Positions 39,381-48,154 of a DNA stretch of 64,000 nucleotides are shown one piece after another. Position numbers and translations under genes: made by a program. The stretch is from assembly GCA_963796725.1 (NCBI GenBank), contig CAWCMT010000005.1:272427-336426 (forward strand), given 5' to 3'. The stretch comes from an uncultured Actinomycetes bacterium. Its GTDB lineage: Bacteria; Actinomycetota; UBA4738; HRBIN12. The notes under the pieces were generated by a model. It was not told the origin of the DNA and made no database searches. It saw only the letters and a list, made by a program, of their open reading frames with translations. Positions within the stretch are counted from its first letter, which is position 1; each line of letters begins with the position of its first letter.

Positions 39381-39408
39381 ACTATAGACGGTCGGAGGGC
39401 CCGTTCAC
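39381..39408 (-). promoter_or_regulatory. candidate promoter (-35 GTGAAC, 16-nt spacer, -10 TATAGT) for the hypothetical-desaturase unit
   Basis: The minus strand reads GTGAAC-N16-TATAGT. The AT-rich hexamer is conspicuous in a GC-rich intergenic region about 140 nt upstream of ATG 39235. Confidence 0.3.
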
Positions 39409-39417
39409 GGAAGCGGC

Positions 39418-40464
39418 CTATCGACAGCTGTAGGGCATGTACGCGTCGGTGGAGATCGCCGAGGCGTCCGGGCTGGAGGAGATGAGCCCTGACGCGTACA
39501 TCCACTCCCCGAAGCTCTGCCAGGCCGCCGCGTCGATGCACCCGGTCTTCGAGCCGGGCGCCGGGGTGAGCAGCCTGAGCGTCGCGGGCACGCTCGCATC
39601 CAGGAACGCCGGCTCGTACTGGGTGGCGCGCTTCATCACCCTGATGGCCTTCGCGGGATCCGCGATCGCGCCGTCCGTGCCCTCGATGAGCGCGGCGACG
39701 AAACGCTGAACGGTGTCCGCGTAGACCGTGTCGCCGCTGAGGCGGTCCTGGTTCGCCACCACCACGAGCTCGGCGTAGGGGGGCACGCCCAGCTGCTGTG
39801 CCTTGAAGACCGTCGGTGTCGTCCCCGTCTCCTGCTTCACCTGGATGGCCTCCACGTTGAGGAACCCGCCCAGGATGGCGTCAACCTTGTGCGACAGCAG
39901 CGACGTCACGAGGTTGAATCCGACGTTCACCTGGGACACCTCGGATGTGCTCAGCCCCGCGGTATCCAACATCGTGTGGAAGAAGGCGTCGTCGGTGGGG
40001 ATCCCCGTGACGCCGACGGACTTGCCCGCCAGGTCGGCGAGCTGGGCCACGTGCTCGTCCGGCTGCACGATCAAGGAGTTCAGCGGCACGGGAACCACGG
40101 TCGCCACGGCCCTGACGGCGAGCCCGTTCTCCTGCGCGTAGAACAGCTCCGGCTCATAGGAGATGGCGAGGTCGACCTTCCCCAGACCCACCAGCTTGAT
40201 CGGATCGGCGGCGTTGGACGGTGCGTGGAAGTCGACCGTCAGACCATGCGCCGTGAAGATCCCCTCGTCCTGGGCGAAGTAGAGACCAACGTGATCGGGG
40301 TTGGGCACCCAGTCCAACTCCACGCCGAGCCTCGTGGGCCCGCCGGTCCCTGCACCGCCGGATCCCGCCCCGCACGCCACGGCCACGAGGGCCAGGCATG
40401 CGATGGCCGCGATCGCGATGGGGATGGTGCGGGGCGACCGGTCCGACCGCCGCTTACCGAGCAT
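39418..40464 (-). CDS. ABC substrate-binding lipoprotein, NMT1/THI5-like (nitrate/sulfonate/bicarbonate family)
   Basis: Lipoprotein signal (ALVAVACGAGS). LGVELDWVPNPDHVGLYFAQDEGIF is typical of the NMT1/THI5 fold. Confidence 0.8.
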   Translation of the reverse strand: MLGKRRSDRSPRTIPIAIAAIACLALVAVACGAGSGGAGTGGPTRLGVELDWVPNPDHVGLYFAQDEGIFTAHGLTVDFHAPSNAADPIKLVGLGKVDLAISYEPELFYAQENGLAVRAVATVVPVPLNSLIVQPDEHVAQLADLAGKSVGVTGIPTDDAFFHTMLDTAGLSTSEVSQVNVGFNLVTSLLSHKVDAILGGFLNVEAIQVKQETGTTPTVFKAQQLGVPPYAELVVVANQDRLSGDTVYADTVQRFVAALIEGTDGAIADPAKAIRVMKRATQYEPAFLDASVPATLRLLTPAPGSKTGCIDAAAWQSFGEWMYASGLISSSPDASAISTDAYMPYSCR

Positions 40465-41302
40465 CGCGCCTCGGCGCCCACGGGAGGAGGAGCCGTTCCA
40501 GCGCCGAGACCGCGGCGAAGAGCGTGAGGGCGATGAGGGTCAGGATCAAGATCGCAGCGAAGATGCGCGGGGTCTGCAGGTTGGGCGTGGCCTGTAGCAT
40601 CACGTAACCGAGGCCCGCGTTCGCGCCCGACCACTCGCCGAACACCGCGCCGATGGCCGCGAACGTGGCCGCGACGCGCATCCCGGAGAAGATCGACGGG
40701 AGCGCCGACGGGAACTCGACGCGCTGGAAGATCGCCCAGCGGCCCGCGTCCAGCGTCTTCATCATGTCGATCATCTCGTCGTCCACCGTGCGGAGACCGT
40801 CGAGACCGTTGACGACGATGGGGAAGAAGCAGATCAGTGCAACGATCACCACCTTCGGCAGGATGCCGTAGCCCAATACGACGACGAGGACGGGCGCCAG
40901 CACGATGATGGGGATCGTCTGTGACCCGATCAGCAGGGGGTACACCGCGCGCCGCAGCGGCGCGAACATGTGCAGCACGATCGCCAGCCCGACGCCCGCG
41001 ATCACGGCGAGGACGAACCCCAGCACCACCTCGCGCAACGACACCCACGCCGCCGGGGCGAGGACCGCGGACCAGTCGTCGCGCAATGCGACCACCACTT
41101 GGGAGGGAGCCGGGAAGAGGTACTTCGGCACGTGGAACCCGCGGACGACGGCCTCCCAGAGGATCAGGAGGCCGAGCGTGATGAGCGCCGCGATCCCGTA
41201 GCGGCGCCAGAGCCTCCGCACGCGGCCCCGCCCGCGGCTCGTGGCCGGCACGTTCGTGAGCGCTTCCTCGGTGAGGGGGTTCGCCCGGATCCGGGTGCTC
41301 AT
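40454..41302 (-). CDS. ABC transporter permease (SsuC/TauC-like)
   Basis: 282 aa, 6 TM segments, BPD-transport inner-membrane component. Confidence 0.85.
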   Translation of the reverse strand: MSTRIRANPLTEEALTNVPATSRGRGRVRRLWRRYGIAALITLGLLILWEAVVRGFHVPKYLFPAPSQVVVALRDDWSAVLAPAAWVSLREVVLGFVLAVIAGVGLAIVLHMFAPLRRAVYPLLIGSQTIPIIVLAPVLVVVLGYGILPKVVIVALICFFPIVVNGLDGLRTVDDEMIDMMKTLDAGRWAIFQRVEFPSALPSIFSGMRVAATFAAIGAVFGEWSGANAGLGYVMLQATPNLQTPRIFAAILILTLIALTLFAAVSALERLLLPWAPRRDAR

Positions 41303-42048
41303 CCGATCGCCTCCAGCGCCTGTTCCCTCAGGGAGACGAACGCCGGGCTGGTCACGATCTCACGCCTGGAGTTGCCCGTTGAGTCCAGACCGGTCTCCAG
41401 CACCTTGACCAGACGGCCGGGTCGAGCCGACATCACGATCACGGTCTGGCTGAGCAGCAACGCCTCCTCGACGTCGTGGGTGACCAACAGCACCGTTCGA
41501 GGCACCTCGCGCAACGCCCGCAGCAGCCATTCCTGCATCTGCGCCCTCGTGATCGAGTCCAGCGCACCGAAGGGCTCGTCCAAGAGGAGGACGTCCTTCT
41601 CCGCCATCAGCGTGCGGAGGAAGCTGACGCGCTGACGCATGCCGCCCGACAGTTGCGAGGGCCACACGTCCTCGAACTCGGCCAAGCCGAAGCGCTCGAA
41701 GTACGGCCGTGTCTTCGCACGCGCCTCATCGCGGCCGATGCCCCGGTTCTGCAGCGCGATGATGGCGTTGTCCAGCGCCGTCCGCCACGGGAGCAACAGG
41801 TCCCGCTGCGGCATCATGGCGCACCGCGCGAGTCGCCCCTGGGGCTCCGTCGCTCCGTCCACGGCCACGACGCCTCCGTCCGGCTCCAACAGACCGGCCG
41901 CCACGTGCAGGAGCGTGGACTTGCCACCTCCGCTCGGCCCCACGATCCCGATCCGAGAGTGTCGCTCCACCTCGAACGTCACGCCGTCGAGGGCCGCGAT
42001 GCCACCGAAGGACTTGCGGACGGCTGTGAACGAGATGCCGGCCGACAT
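41299..42048 (-). CDS. ABC transporter ATP-binding protein (SsuB/TauB-like)
   Basis: Walker A GPSGGGKST, signature LSGGMRQR, Walker B LLLDEP. Start trimmed to ATG 42048, which has a GGAGG SD. Confidence 0.85.
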   Translation of the reverse strand: MSAGISFTAVRKSFGGIAALDGVTFEVERHSRIGIVGPSGGGKSTLLHVAAGLLEPDGGVVAVDGATEPQGRLARCAMMPQRDLLLPWRTALDNAIIALQNRGIGRDEARAKTRPYFERFGLAEFEDVWPSQLSGGMRQRVSFLRTLMAEKDVLLLDEPFGALDSITRAQMQEWLLRALREVPRTVLLVTHDVEEALLLSQTVIVMSARPGRLVKVLETGLDSTGNSRREIVTSPAFVSLREQALEAIG

Positions 42049-42188
42049 AGCCGTCACGACCTCCGAAGGGGCATCGTGCGCATCATCCGAACTCCGCAGA
42101 ACAGGCCACCGCTCCAGGGTATACGTCAGCCCCCACGAGCACCGGTCGGGGCGGGGCGGTGGCCCCGCCGGCGTGCCATCATCCACGC

Positions 42189-43565
42189 GTGGGCGACTAC
42201 CGCACGATCATCGAGCCGTTCAGGATCCACTCGGTCGAGCCACTGCGGTTCCTGAGCGAGGATGAGCGACGCGACCGCGTGCGTGCGGCCGGCCACAACC
42301 TCTTCAACGTCCACGCAGAGGACGTCATGATCGACCTCCTCACCGACAGCGGCACCGGTGCCATGAGCCGCGACCAGTGGGCGGCGATCCAACACGGGGA
42401 CGAGAGCTACGCGGGATCCCCCTCCTGGTTCACGTTCCTGGAGGCGGTGACCGAGCTCTTCCCGTTCCCGCACGTCATCCCGACGCACCAGGGCCGGGCC
42501 GCCGAGAAGATCCTTTTCAGCGCGATCGCAGGACCCGGCATGGTCATCCCGAACAACACCCACTTCGACACGACCCGCGCGAACGTGGAATACACGGGCG
42601 CCGAGGCCGTCGACCTCGTGATCCCCGAGGGCCGCGACTCCGCCAGCGAGCATCCGTTCAAGGGCAACGTGGACCTGGCCGCGCTGGAAGCGCTCCTCGA
42701 GGCGCGCGCCGACGACGTACCCGTGGTCTTCGTCACCGTGACGAACAACTCCGGGGGCGGTCAACCCGTCTCGATGGAGAACCTGCGCGGCGTGCGAGCG
42801 CTCTGCGACCGGTTTCGCGTCCCGCTGTTCCTCGACGCCTGTCGGTTCGCGGAGAACGCGTGGTTCGTGAAGCTGCGCGAACCCGGCTACGCCGAGACGC
42901 CGGTACCCGACATCGTGCGTGAGATGGCCGGGCTCGCGGACGGCATGACCATCAGCGCGAAGAAGGACCCGATGGCGAACATCGGCGGCTGGCTCGCGAT
43001 GCGCGACGATGCCTGGGCCGAGCGCTGCCGCAACCTGCTGATCCTCACGGAGGGGTTCCCCACCTACGGCGGGCTCGCCGGCCGCGACCTCGAAGCGATC
43101 GCGCAGGGCCTCCGCGAGTGCGTCGATGAGCACTACCTCGAGTACCGGATCCGCTCCACGGCCTACCTGGCCGACGCGCTCGATCGAGCGGGCGTGCCTC
43201 TCGTGAAGCCCGCGGGCGGTCACGCCGTCTACCTGGATGCCCGAGCCCTGCTCCCCCACCTGGATCCTCTCGTCTACCCGGGACAGGCGCTCGCGCTGGC
43301 CTTGTACGAGGCGGGCGGGATCCGCAGCTGCGAGATCGGCACGGTGATGTTCGGGCTGCATCCGGACGGCACGGAGTCGCCCGCCGCCATGGACCTGGTG
43401 CGACTCGCGATCCCGCGGCGTACCTACACGCAGAGCCACATCGACTACGTGATCGAGGTCGTCGCCGACGTGGCCGGTCGCGCCGCCGAGCTCCCCGGCT
43501 ACCGCATCGTCCAGGCACCCCAGCAGCTGCGCCATTTCACGGCCCGCTTCGAGCCGCTCGTGTGA
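42189..43565 (+). CDS. beta-eliminating lyase (tryptophanase / tyrosine phenol-lyase family)
   Basis: FRIHSVEP..., TDSGTGAMS, THFDTTRAN, and the PLP-lysine context ISAKKDPMANIGG. Start set at GTG 42189. Confidence 0.85.
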   Translation: MGDYRTIIEPFRIHSVEPLRFLSEDERRDRVRAAGHNLFNVHAEDVMIDLLTDSGTGAMSRDQWAAIQHGDESYAGSPSWFTFLEAVTELFPFPHVIPTHQGRAAEKILFSAIAGPGMVIPNNTHFDTTRANVEYTGAEAVDLVIPEGRDSASEHPFKGNVDLAALEALLEARADDVPVVFVTVTNNSGGGQPVSMENLRGVRALCDRFRVPLFLDACRFAENAWFVKLREPGYAETPVPDIVREMAGLADGMTISAKKDPMANIGGWLAMRDDAWAERCRNLLILTEGFPTYGGLAGRDLEAIAQGLRECVDEHYLEYRIRSTAYLADALDRAGVPLVKPAGGHAVYLDARALLPHLDPLVYPGQALALALYEAGGIRSCEIGTVMFGLHPDGTESPAAMDLVRLAIPRRTYTQSHIDYVIEVVADVAGRAAELPGYRIVQAPQQLRHFTARFEPLV

Positions 43566-43683
43566 GTGCGGGTGGCGTCCCCGAGGGTGGGTTGACCGTA
43601 TCCACCGGCCAGTAGAGACTCACCCACTAGGTCGCGAGGTCCTGCGGAAGGGCGAAGCGGCACCATCGACAGGAGGTCCCCCC

Positions 43684-44073
43684 GTGCGCAGCAGATCGAT
43701 CCTGGCAGTGATCGGCCTCGTGGTCCTCGCGCTCTCGACGCTCCCGAGCCTCGCGAGCCCACGAGCTGCCGTCGACACCCGCGTCACGATCAAGACGAAG
43801 AACGGCGACTTCTGGGGCTACATCTACTCTCCCAAGCTCAAGCTCTGCGCGAAGAACCGCAAGGTCGTGCTCTACCGACAGCTGGGCAAAGAACAGAACC
43901 CGAAGACCGACAAGAAGATCGGAAGCGACATCTCCTCGCTCAACGGGACCCGCGGCGAATGGAACACCGGCAACACGGGGCTCCGCCACGGCAAGTACTA
44001 CGCTCGGGCACCCAAGACGGTGAACTGCAAGGCGGACTCCAGCGATACCGTGCGTTCCGTGCCAACCCCATAG
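43684..44073 (+). CDS. small secreted protein with two Cys (129 aa)
   Basis: SD CAGGAGG. Signal peptide MRSRSILAVIGLVVLALSTLPSLASP. Lys-rich, lower-GC coding. No family recognised. Confidence 0.6.
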   Translation: MRSRSILAVIGLVVLALSTLPSLASPRAAVDTRVTIKTKNGDFWGYIYSPKLKLCAKNRKVVLYRQLGKEQNPKTDKKIGSDISSLNGTRGEWNTGNTGLRHGKYYARAPKTVNCKADSSDTVRSVPTP

Positions 44074-44101
44074 GGACGGACGCGAGCGCGCGATCGAAGC
44101 G

Positions 44102-44983
44102 ATGAAGACGACCAGGCTCCTGCTTGCGACGGCCGTGGCGGCCTCCCTCCTGGGTCAGATCCGGCCTGCCGTTGCGGCGTTCCCCGGCGAGAACGGTCCG
44201 ATCGTCTTCACGCGGCGTGGCGAGATCGCCGTCATGAACGCGAACGGGACGCGGAAGCGGACGCTGACGCACCTGCACGGCCACGCGGAGGCGCCCTCGG
44301 TCTCGGCCGATGGTCGGTGGATCGTGTTCGACGCCTGGCGGGGCGGGTCGTTCCAGATCTTCAAGGTCCGCGTCGACGGGACGGGGCTGCGCCAACTCAC
44401 CCACGACGACGTCTACGACTGGGCTCCCTCCTGGTCCCCGAACGGATCGAAGATCGCCTGGACCTATCGCGCGGGCAACGACGGCCAGATCTGGACGATG
44501 CGCGCGGACGGCAAGCGCAAGAGGAAGCTCGTTAGCGGAGGCAACAACGAGTGGGTCCGGTACGCACCCAACGGGCGGCACATCGCCTTCGGCAGCGACC
44601 GCACGGGGCAGTACGACATCTACGTCGCGCGGTCGAACGGCACCCAGATCCAGCGCCTCACGCTCTCCTCCAGCCTGGAGGACTTCCCCGAATGGAGCCC
44701 GGACGGCACCCGGATCAGCTTCGTCACCGATGTCTTCGCCGGCCAGCAGGCCCGGGCCACGCCGGCCCTGCGGGGAGGGCAGTCGGTGTCGCATTGGGCC
44801 CAGCTGGTCCCCAACTCGGTGACCGACGTGGTCTACGACGCGGCCTGGTCGCCCGACGGCAGGTTCGCCTGCTACTCGGATGGAACCTCCGTCTGGCGGG
44901 TCAACCTCGCCACGGGCCGCGTGAGCTGGTTGGCGAAGCAGAACGGGTACGGCGTGGCGTGGGGGCCGGCTCGCACCCGCTGA
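44102..44983 (+). CDS. secreted PD40/TolB-like beta-propeller repeat protein
   Basis: Signal peptide followed by repeated S.DG..I.F / W.PDG motifs (SADGRWIVF, WSPNGSKIAW, YAPNGRHIAFGSDR, WSPDGTRISF, WSPDGRFA). Confidence 0.75.
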   Translation: MKTTRLLLATAVAASLLGQIRPAVAAFPGENGPIVFTRRGEIAVMNANGTRKRTLTHLHGHAEAPSVSADGRWIVFDAWRGGSFQIFKVRVDGTGLRQLTHDDVYDWAPSWSPNGSKIAWTYRAGNDGQIWTMRADGKRKRKLVSGGNNEWVRYAPNGRHIAFGSDRTGQYDIYVARSNGTQIQRLTLSSSLEDFPEWSPDGTRISFVTDVFAGQQARATPALRGGQSVSHWAQLVPNSVTDVVYDAAWSPDGRFACYSDGTSVWRVNLATGRVSWLAKQNGYGVAWGPARTR

Positions 44984-45011
44984 TCCGGCGCGGTGCTCCG
45001 GTGATCTCGGC

Positions 45012-45464
45012 TCAGCTCCGCCCGCGCTCCGGCGGGATGTCGAGCCCGAAGAGCATCACCAGCGCGAACACGGCCAACGTCATGAGGTGCACGACCGTGC
45101 ACCAGAGGCAGACCTTGCCGATCAGCCCGAACTCGACGAAGACGAGCCAGAGCACCATGGCCACGCCCACGACCGAGACGCCGATCCTCGCCTGATGGAC
45201 CCAGCGCCGGGATGAGCGCCACGCCCATGGCAGGCACAGCGCGGTGAGGACGGCGAAATAGCCGAGGCCGAGCAGGGCGACCGGGATCGACAGGATGGTG
45301 GACCACTTCGAGGTGGTGACCCGCGCGCAGTTCACGATCCCCGAATCCGAGCACACGAGCGCGGTCGGGGAGGTGAAGTGCGCGTACGTGAGGTAGGCGG
45401 CGGCCGCGAGCCCGACCACGCAGAGCGCCGTCACGACGCCGGGCACCCAGCGCGGCGGCGTCAC
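45012..45464 (-). CDS. vitamin K epoxide reductase (VKOR) family membrane protein
   Basis: Loop Cys pair (CSDSGIVNC) and membrane CXXC (CLWC). GTG 45464 overlaps the DUF929 stop (GTGA). Confidence 0.8.
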   Translation of the reverse strand: MTPPRWVPGVVTALCVVGLAAAAYLTYAHFTSPTALVCSDSGIVNCARVTTSKWSTILSIPVALLGLGYFAVLTALCLPWAWRSSRRWVHQARIGVSVVGVAMVLWLVFVEFGLIGKVCLWCTVVHLMTLAVFALVMLFGLDIPPERGRS

Positions 45465-46318
45465 GGCGTCGGGAGCTTGGCGGTGGCCTGCTGGATGACG
45501 GGCGAGTTGCAGACGTTGCCGGGTTCGCCACCGGTCAGCTGACACATCGCGGCCGTCATGACGTTGGACTGCGCGACGATGTCCTTCCCGATCTTGGAAG
45601 TCGTGGGGTCGGTGATCGCCTTCGCCAGATCCCGATAGCTGAGCGGGTTGATCTCCTCGGGGGCCACGCCGCTACCGACGCTCACGTATCGGTTGCCGTA
45701 CAGCACGAACGGGATCGATCCCTGGGGGTTGTAGGCCCCCATCAGCTGTTGCTGCTCCGCCGTTGGGGTCTGCAGCGGGTTCCCCTTCTCGTCGGCCGTC
45801 TCCACGGGTGAGAACGCGAGGTACTGGCTGTCGTAGGTCGAATGAAGGAACGTGAACGTGTTCGTGTTCGGAGCGAGGTCCGTGGAGGAGGAGTGGGCGG
45901 GATCGAGCCCGCTGAACGTTCCGAACCGCGAGAGGGCGACGATCAACGGCCACCGTTCCGCCGCGCAATAGGGGCAGTACTCCGCGCCGATGTAGAGGAC
46001 CTCGGGCTTCCCGTCCTTCTCGAGCGGGGGGGTGTTCGCAGGTAGGGCCTGCGTGATCGACGATCGCGCCGGCACGCCCGCTGCCTCGAACGCCGAGGCG
46101 GGCACACCGGTCACCGCAGTGATCGCGGTGGAACTCCCCGACGTGCTCTTGGGCCCGGATGAGCGGAAATGGGGGGCGATCACGATGATGAGCACGATCG
46201 CGGCGACGACGGCGACGATCGCCCAGACGGCCCGTCGGTTCGCTCCCTGCTTCTTCTTCTTGGCCGCCTGTTGCTGAGCGGCTCGCTTCTGTGCCTGCGT
46301 CTTCGTTCGGTTCGTCAT
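45461..46318 (-). CDS. membrane-anchored DUF929-like thioredoxin-fold protein
   Basis: Basic N-terminus plus one TM segment, then a domain with [14 protein letters not shown] (CXXC). Confidence 0.7.
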   Translation of the reverse strand: MTNRTKTQAQKRAAQQQAAKKKKQGANRRAVWAIVAVVAAIVLIIVIAPHFRSSGPKSTSGSSTAITAVTGVPASAFEAAGVPARSSITQALPANTPPLEKDGKPEVLYIGAEYCPYCAAERWPLIVALSRFGTFSGLDPAHSSSTDLAPNTNTFTFLHSTYDSQYLAFSPVETADEKGNPLQTPTAEQQQLMGAYNPQGSIPFVLYGNRYVSVGSGVAPEEINPLSYRDLAKAITDPTTSKIGKDIVAQSNVMTAAMCQLTGGEPGNVCNSPVIQQATAKLPTP

Positions 46319-46436
46319 CGACTTCGACGATATCGAACCACGCCCGATCCTGTGGGACAGCGGGTCCCGAAGTCGTGGGCCGGATGGCCCGGGACCCCAG
46401 CGTCGGGGTTGTGAGGTTCCCGAATGCCTAGCTCAC

Positions 46437-46640
46437 TCACCCCGAGCGAGGGATCCACCGGGCAGGTACGACCTCCTGGTGGCTCGTGAATCCATAGGCA
46501 GGCTCGACCTCGGGCGGAAGCCCGGTCTCGACGACCCACTCTGCTCCGCACGTCGAACATCGCCACTCCGGGGCCATCGACACGGGCCGGGGATCCAGCG
46601 GGGGCTCGCAGACGTGGAGGTTCGCGACGGGGTCGGCCAT
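46437..46640 (-). CDS. small Cys-containing hypothetical protein (67 aa)
   Basis: ATG 46640 is preceded by TAGGCT (N8 to the ATG, or N5 to the adjacent TTG). CEPP...CSTCG pattern. Weak support. Confidence 0.35.
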   Translation of the reverse strand: MADPVANLHVCEPPLDPRPVSMAPEWRCSTCGAEWVVETGLPPEVEPAYGFTSHQEVVPARWIPRSG

Positions 46641-46648
46641 CAACCTCG

Positions 46649-46654
46649 AGCCTA
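46649..46654 (-). promoter_or_regulatory. -10-like hexamer TAGGCT upstream of the small ORF start (TTG 46643 / ATG 46640)
   Basis: Minus strand reads TAGGCT-cgagg-TTG-ATG. Confidence 0.3.
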
Positions 46655-46681
46655 ACCTCGCGCCACGACCTGCGCCACCCT

Positions 46682-47746
46682 TCATGAGTGCGCCGTTCGG
46701 GCGCCCAGGAAGGAGCGATCCCCGATCCATTGACCGGGTGGAGCTGCCAGCATCACCACGATGGCATCTAGCCTCGGCGCGTAGGCGGCACGCTTCGCCG
46801 TGAACCGGGCGAACGCATCGTCGGGAGCACGTACGCTGAACCCGTCGGTCCGCATCTCGCCCAGGATGACGTCGAACTCGTCCCGACCGATCACCGCCTC
46901 GCGTTCGGCGAGCCGGAAGTAGTAGAAGAGGTCCTCCACGGCGTGGACCCCCGTCCCGTACATGAGCCTCGTACGCTCGTCGGGCTCGTCCTGGACGGAG
47001 GTCAACATGAGCGTGGCCGCATCCAGTACGGAGCCCAGCGCTGTGATCCACGAGGTCTCGTCGTGGGGCGAACGGAACAAGGCGAGCAGGGGGTACGACA
47101 TGTGGGTCTCCAGCACGTCGGCGGCCCACCGCTCCCACTCGGCGAACAGCTGCGGCAGGGAGGTCGCCACGCCGCCGCCCCCCATCCGGTGGAGGAGCTC
47201 GGGACCCGAGGGAGGGGAACCCGCCCGCGTGTCGAGAAGGAGCACCCCCACCTCCCGCCGGTTGAACGCCTGATACAGCACGGGGAGATAGGCGATCACG
47301 ACCGCGAACAGGCCCAAGCCGGTCGCGCCCGCCGCGACAGCGATGGCCCGGGTCCATCCTGTCGCGACGCCGCTGCCGAAGCCGAGCGTGAACAGCGACG
47401 TACCGCTGGCGTACAGGGCGGTCCCGAACGAGGCTCCCGGACCCATGCCGTGGACGAACCCGGGGCTCCACAGGATCAGCGCGAATCCCAACAGTGCCAA
47501 CGAGGCCCACCCGACGAGTAGCGCGAAGAAGAAGAACGGCGCCGCTATCGCCAGGACCCGCTCACGCGACTGGGTGGTCTTCCGCCGCAGCCCCACCCAG
47601 CGCCACGGCCTCCAGAGCGGACGGAAGAGCAAGCGGCTGAGGCGGATGCGCCCGCGTGCGGCCCGCGGCATGACCAGCGTTCGGAACACGTCGAGGAGGG
47701 TCCACACGAGGATCACGAAACCCAAGACGAGCGCGGTCCATCGCAT
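46682..47746 (-). CDS. membrane protein with K+-channel-like pore signature
   Basis: TM segments flank SLFTLGFGS, which resembles the T-x-G-[YF]-G selectivity-filter region. A large cytoplasmic C-terminal domain of unknown family follows. Confidence 0.5.
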   Translation of the reverse strand: MRWTALVLGFVILVWTLLDVFRTLVMPRAARGRIRLSRLLFRPLWRPWRWVGLRRKTTQSRERVLAIAAPFFFFALLVGWASLALLGFALILWSPGFVHGMGPGASFGTALYASGTSLFTLGFGSGVATGWTRAIAVAAGATGLGLFAVVIAYLPVLYQAFNRREVGVLLLDTRAGSPPSGPELLHRMGGGGVATSLPQLFAEWERWAADVLETHMSYPLLALFRSPHDETSWITALGSVLDAATLMLTSVQDEPDERTRLMYGTGVHAVEDLFYYFRLAEREAVIGRDEFDVILGEMRTDGFSVRAPDDAFARFTAKRAAYAPRLDAIVVMLAAPPGQWIGDRSFLGARTAHS

Positions 47747-47752
47747 CGCAGA

Positions 47753-47758
47753 AGCCTA
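47753..47758 (-). promoter_or_regulatory. -10-like hexamer TAGGCT, 6 nt upstream of ATG 47746
   Basis: Minus strand reads TAGGCT-tctgcg-ATG. Confidence 0.45.
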
Positions 47759-47784
47759 ACCGCGAGCCGGGAGGGAGGGTCTCG

Positions 47785-48048
47785 TCAGCGGTCGGACGAT
47801 CCTGCGTCGAGCCAGCGGAACCCGAGGGCGCCGCTCGGACACAGGGCTACGGTGGCCTCGACCTCCTCGGGACTCGCGGCGTCGAGCCTGACCCACGGAC
47901 GGGCGTCGGGATCGAATACCTCCGGAGAGTTGCCGAAGCACGCGCCCGCGTGGATGCAGCGCCGCGGCGCCCACGTGACCTCGATACGGTCCGTTCGATA
48001 GACCCTGGCCACGCCCTCCTGCATGCGAGCTTCCGACACGCCATCCAC
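47785..48048 (-). CDS. divergent 4Fe-4S mono-cluster (Fer4_19-like) protein
   Basis: IEVTWAPRRCIHAGACF...FDPDARPWV...CPSGAL pattern. GTG 48048 is supported by TAGATT-N6. Confidence 0.7.
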   Translation of the reverse strand: MDGVSEARMQEGVARVYRTDRIEVTWAPRRCIHAGACFGNSPEVFDPDARPWVRLDAASPEEVEATVALCPSGALGFRWLDAGSSDR

Positions 48049-48054
48049 GCGCGG

Positions 48055-48060
48055 AATCTA
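48055..48060 (-). promoter_or_regulatory. -10-like hexamer TAGATT, 6 nt upstream of GTG 48048
   Basis: Minus strand reads TAGATT-ccgcgc-GTG. Confidence 0.45.
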
Positions 48061-48154
48061 ACACCGGCCGCACACACCATGGGACACCGGGACAGCGACC
48101 GCACGCCTCCTTGACCGCTCTTAACCTCACATCTGGGAGCCTCGTGGGTCGTGA

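Noticed and set aside
42049-42160. Possible TPP (THI-box) riboswitch upstream of the NMT1/THI5-type ABC operon.
   Set aside because: The minus-strand leader has GGGGGCUGACGUAUACCC and CCUGUUCUGCGGAG, which are vaguely THI-box-like. The invariant CUGAGA and ACCUGAUCUGGAUAAUGCCAGCG cores are not present. A covariance-model scan would be needed to revive this idea.
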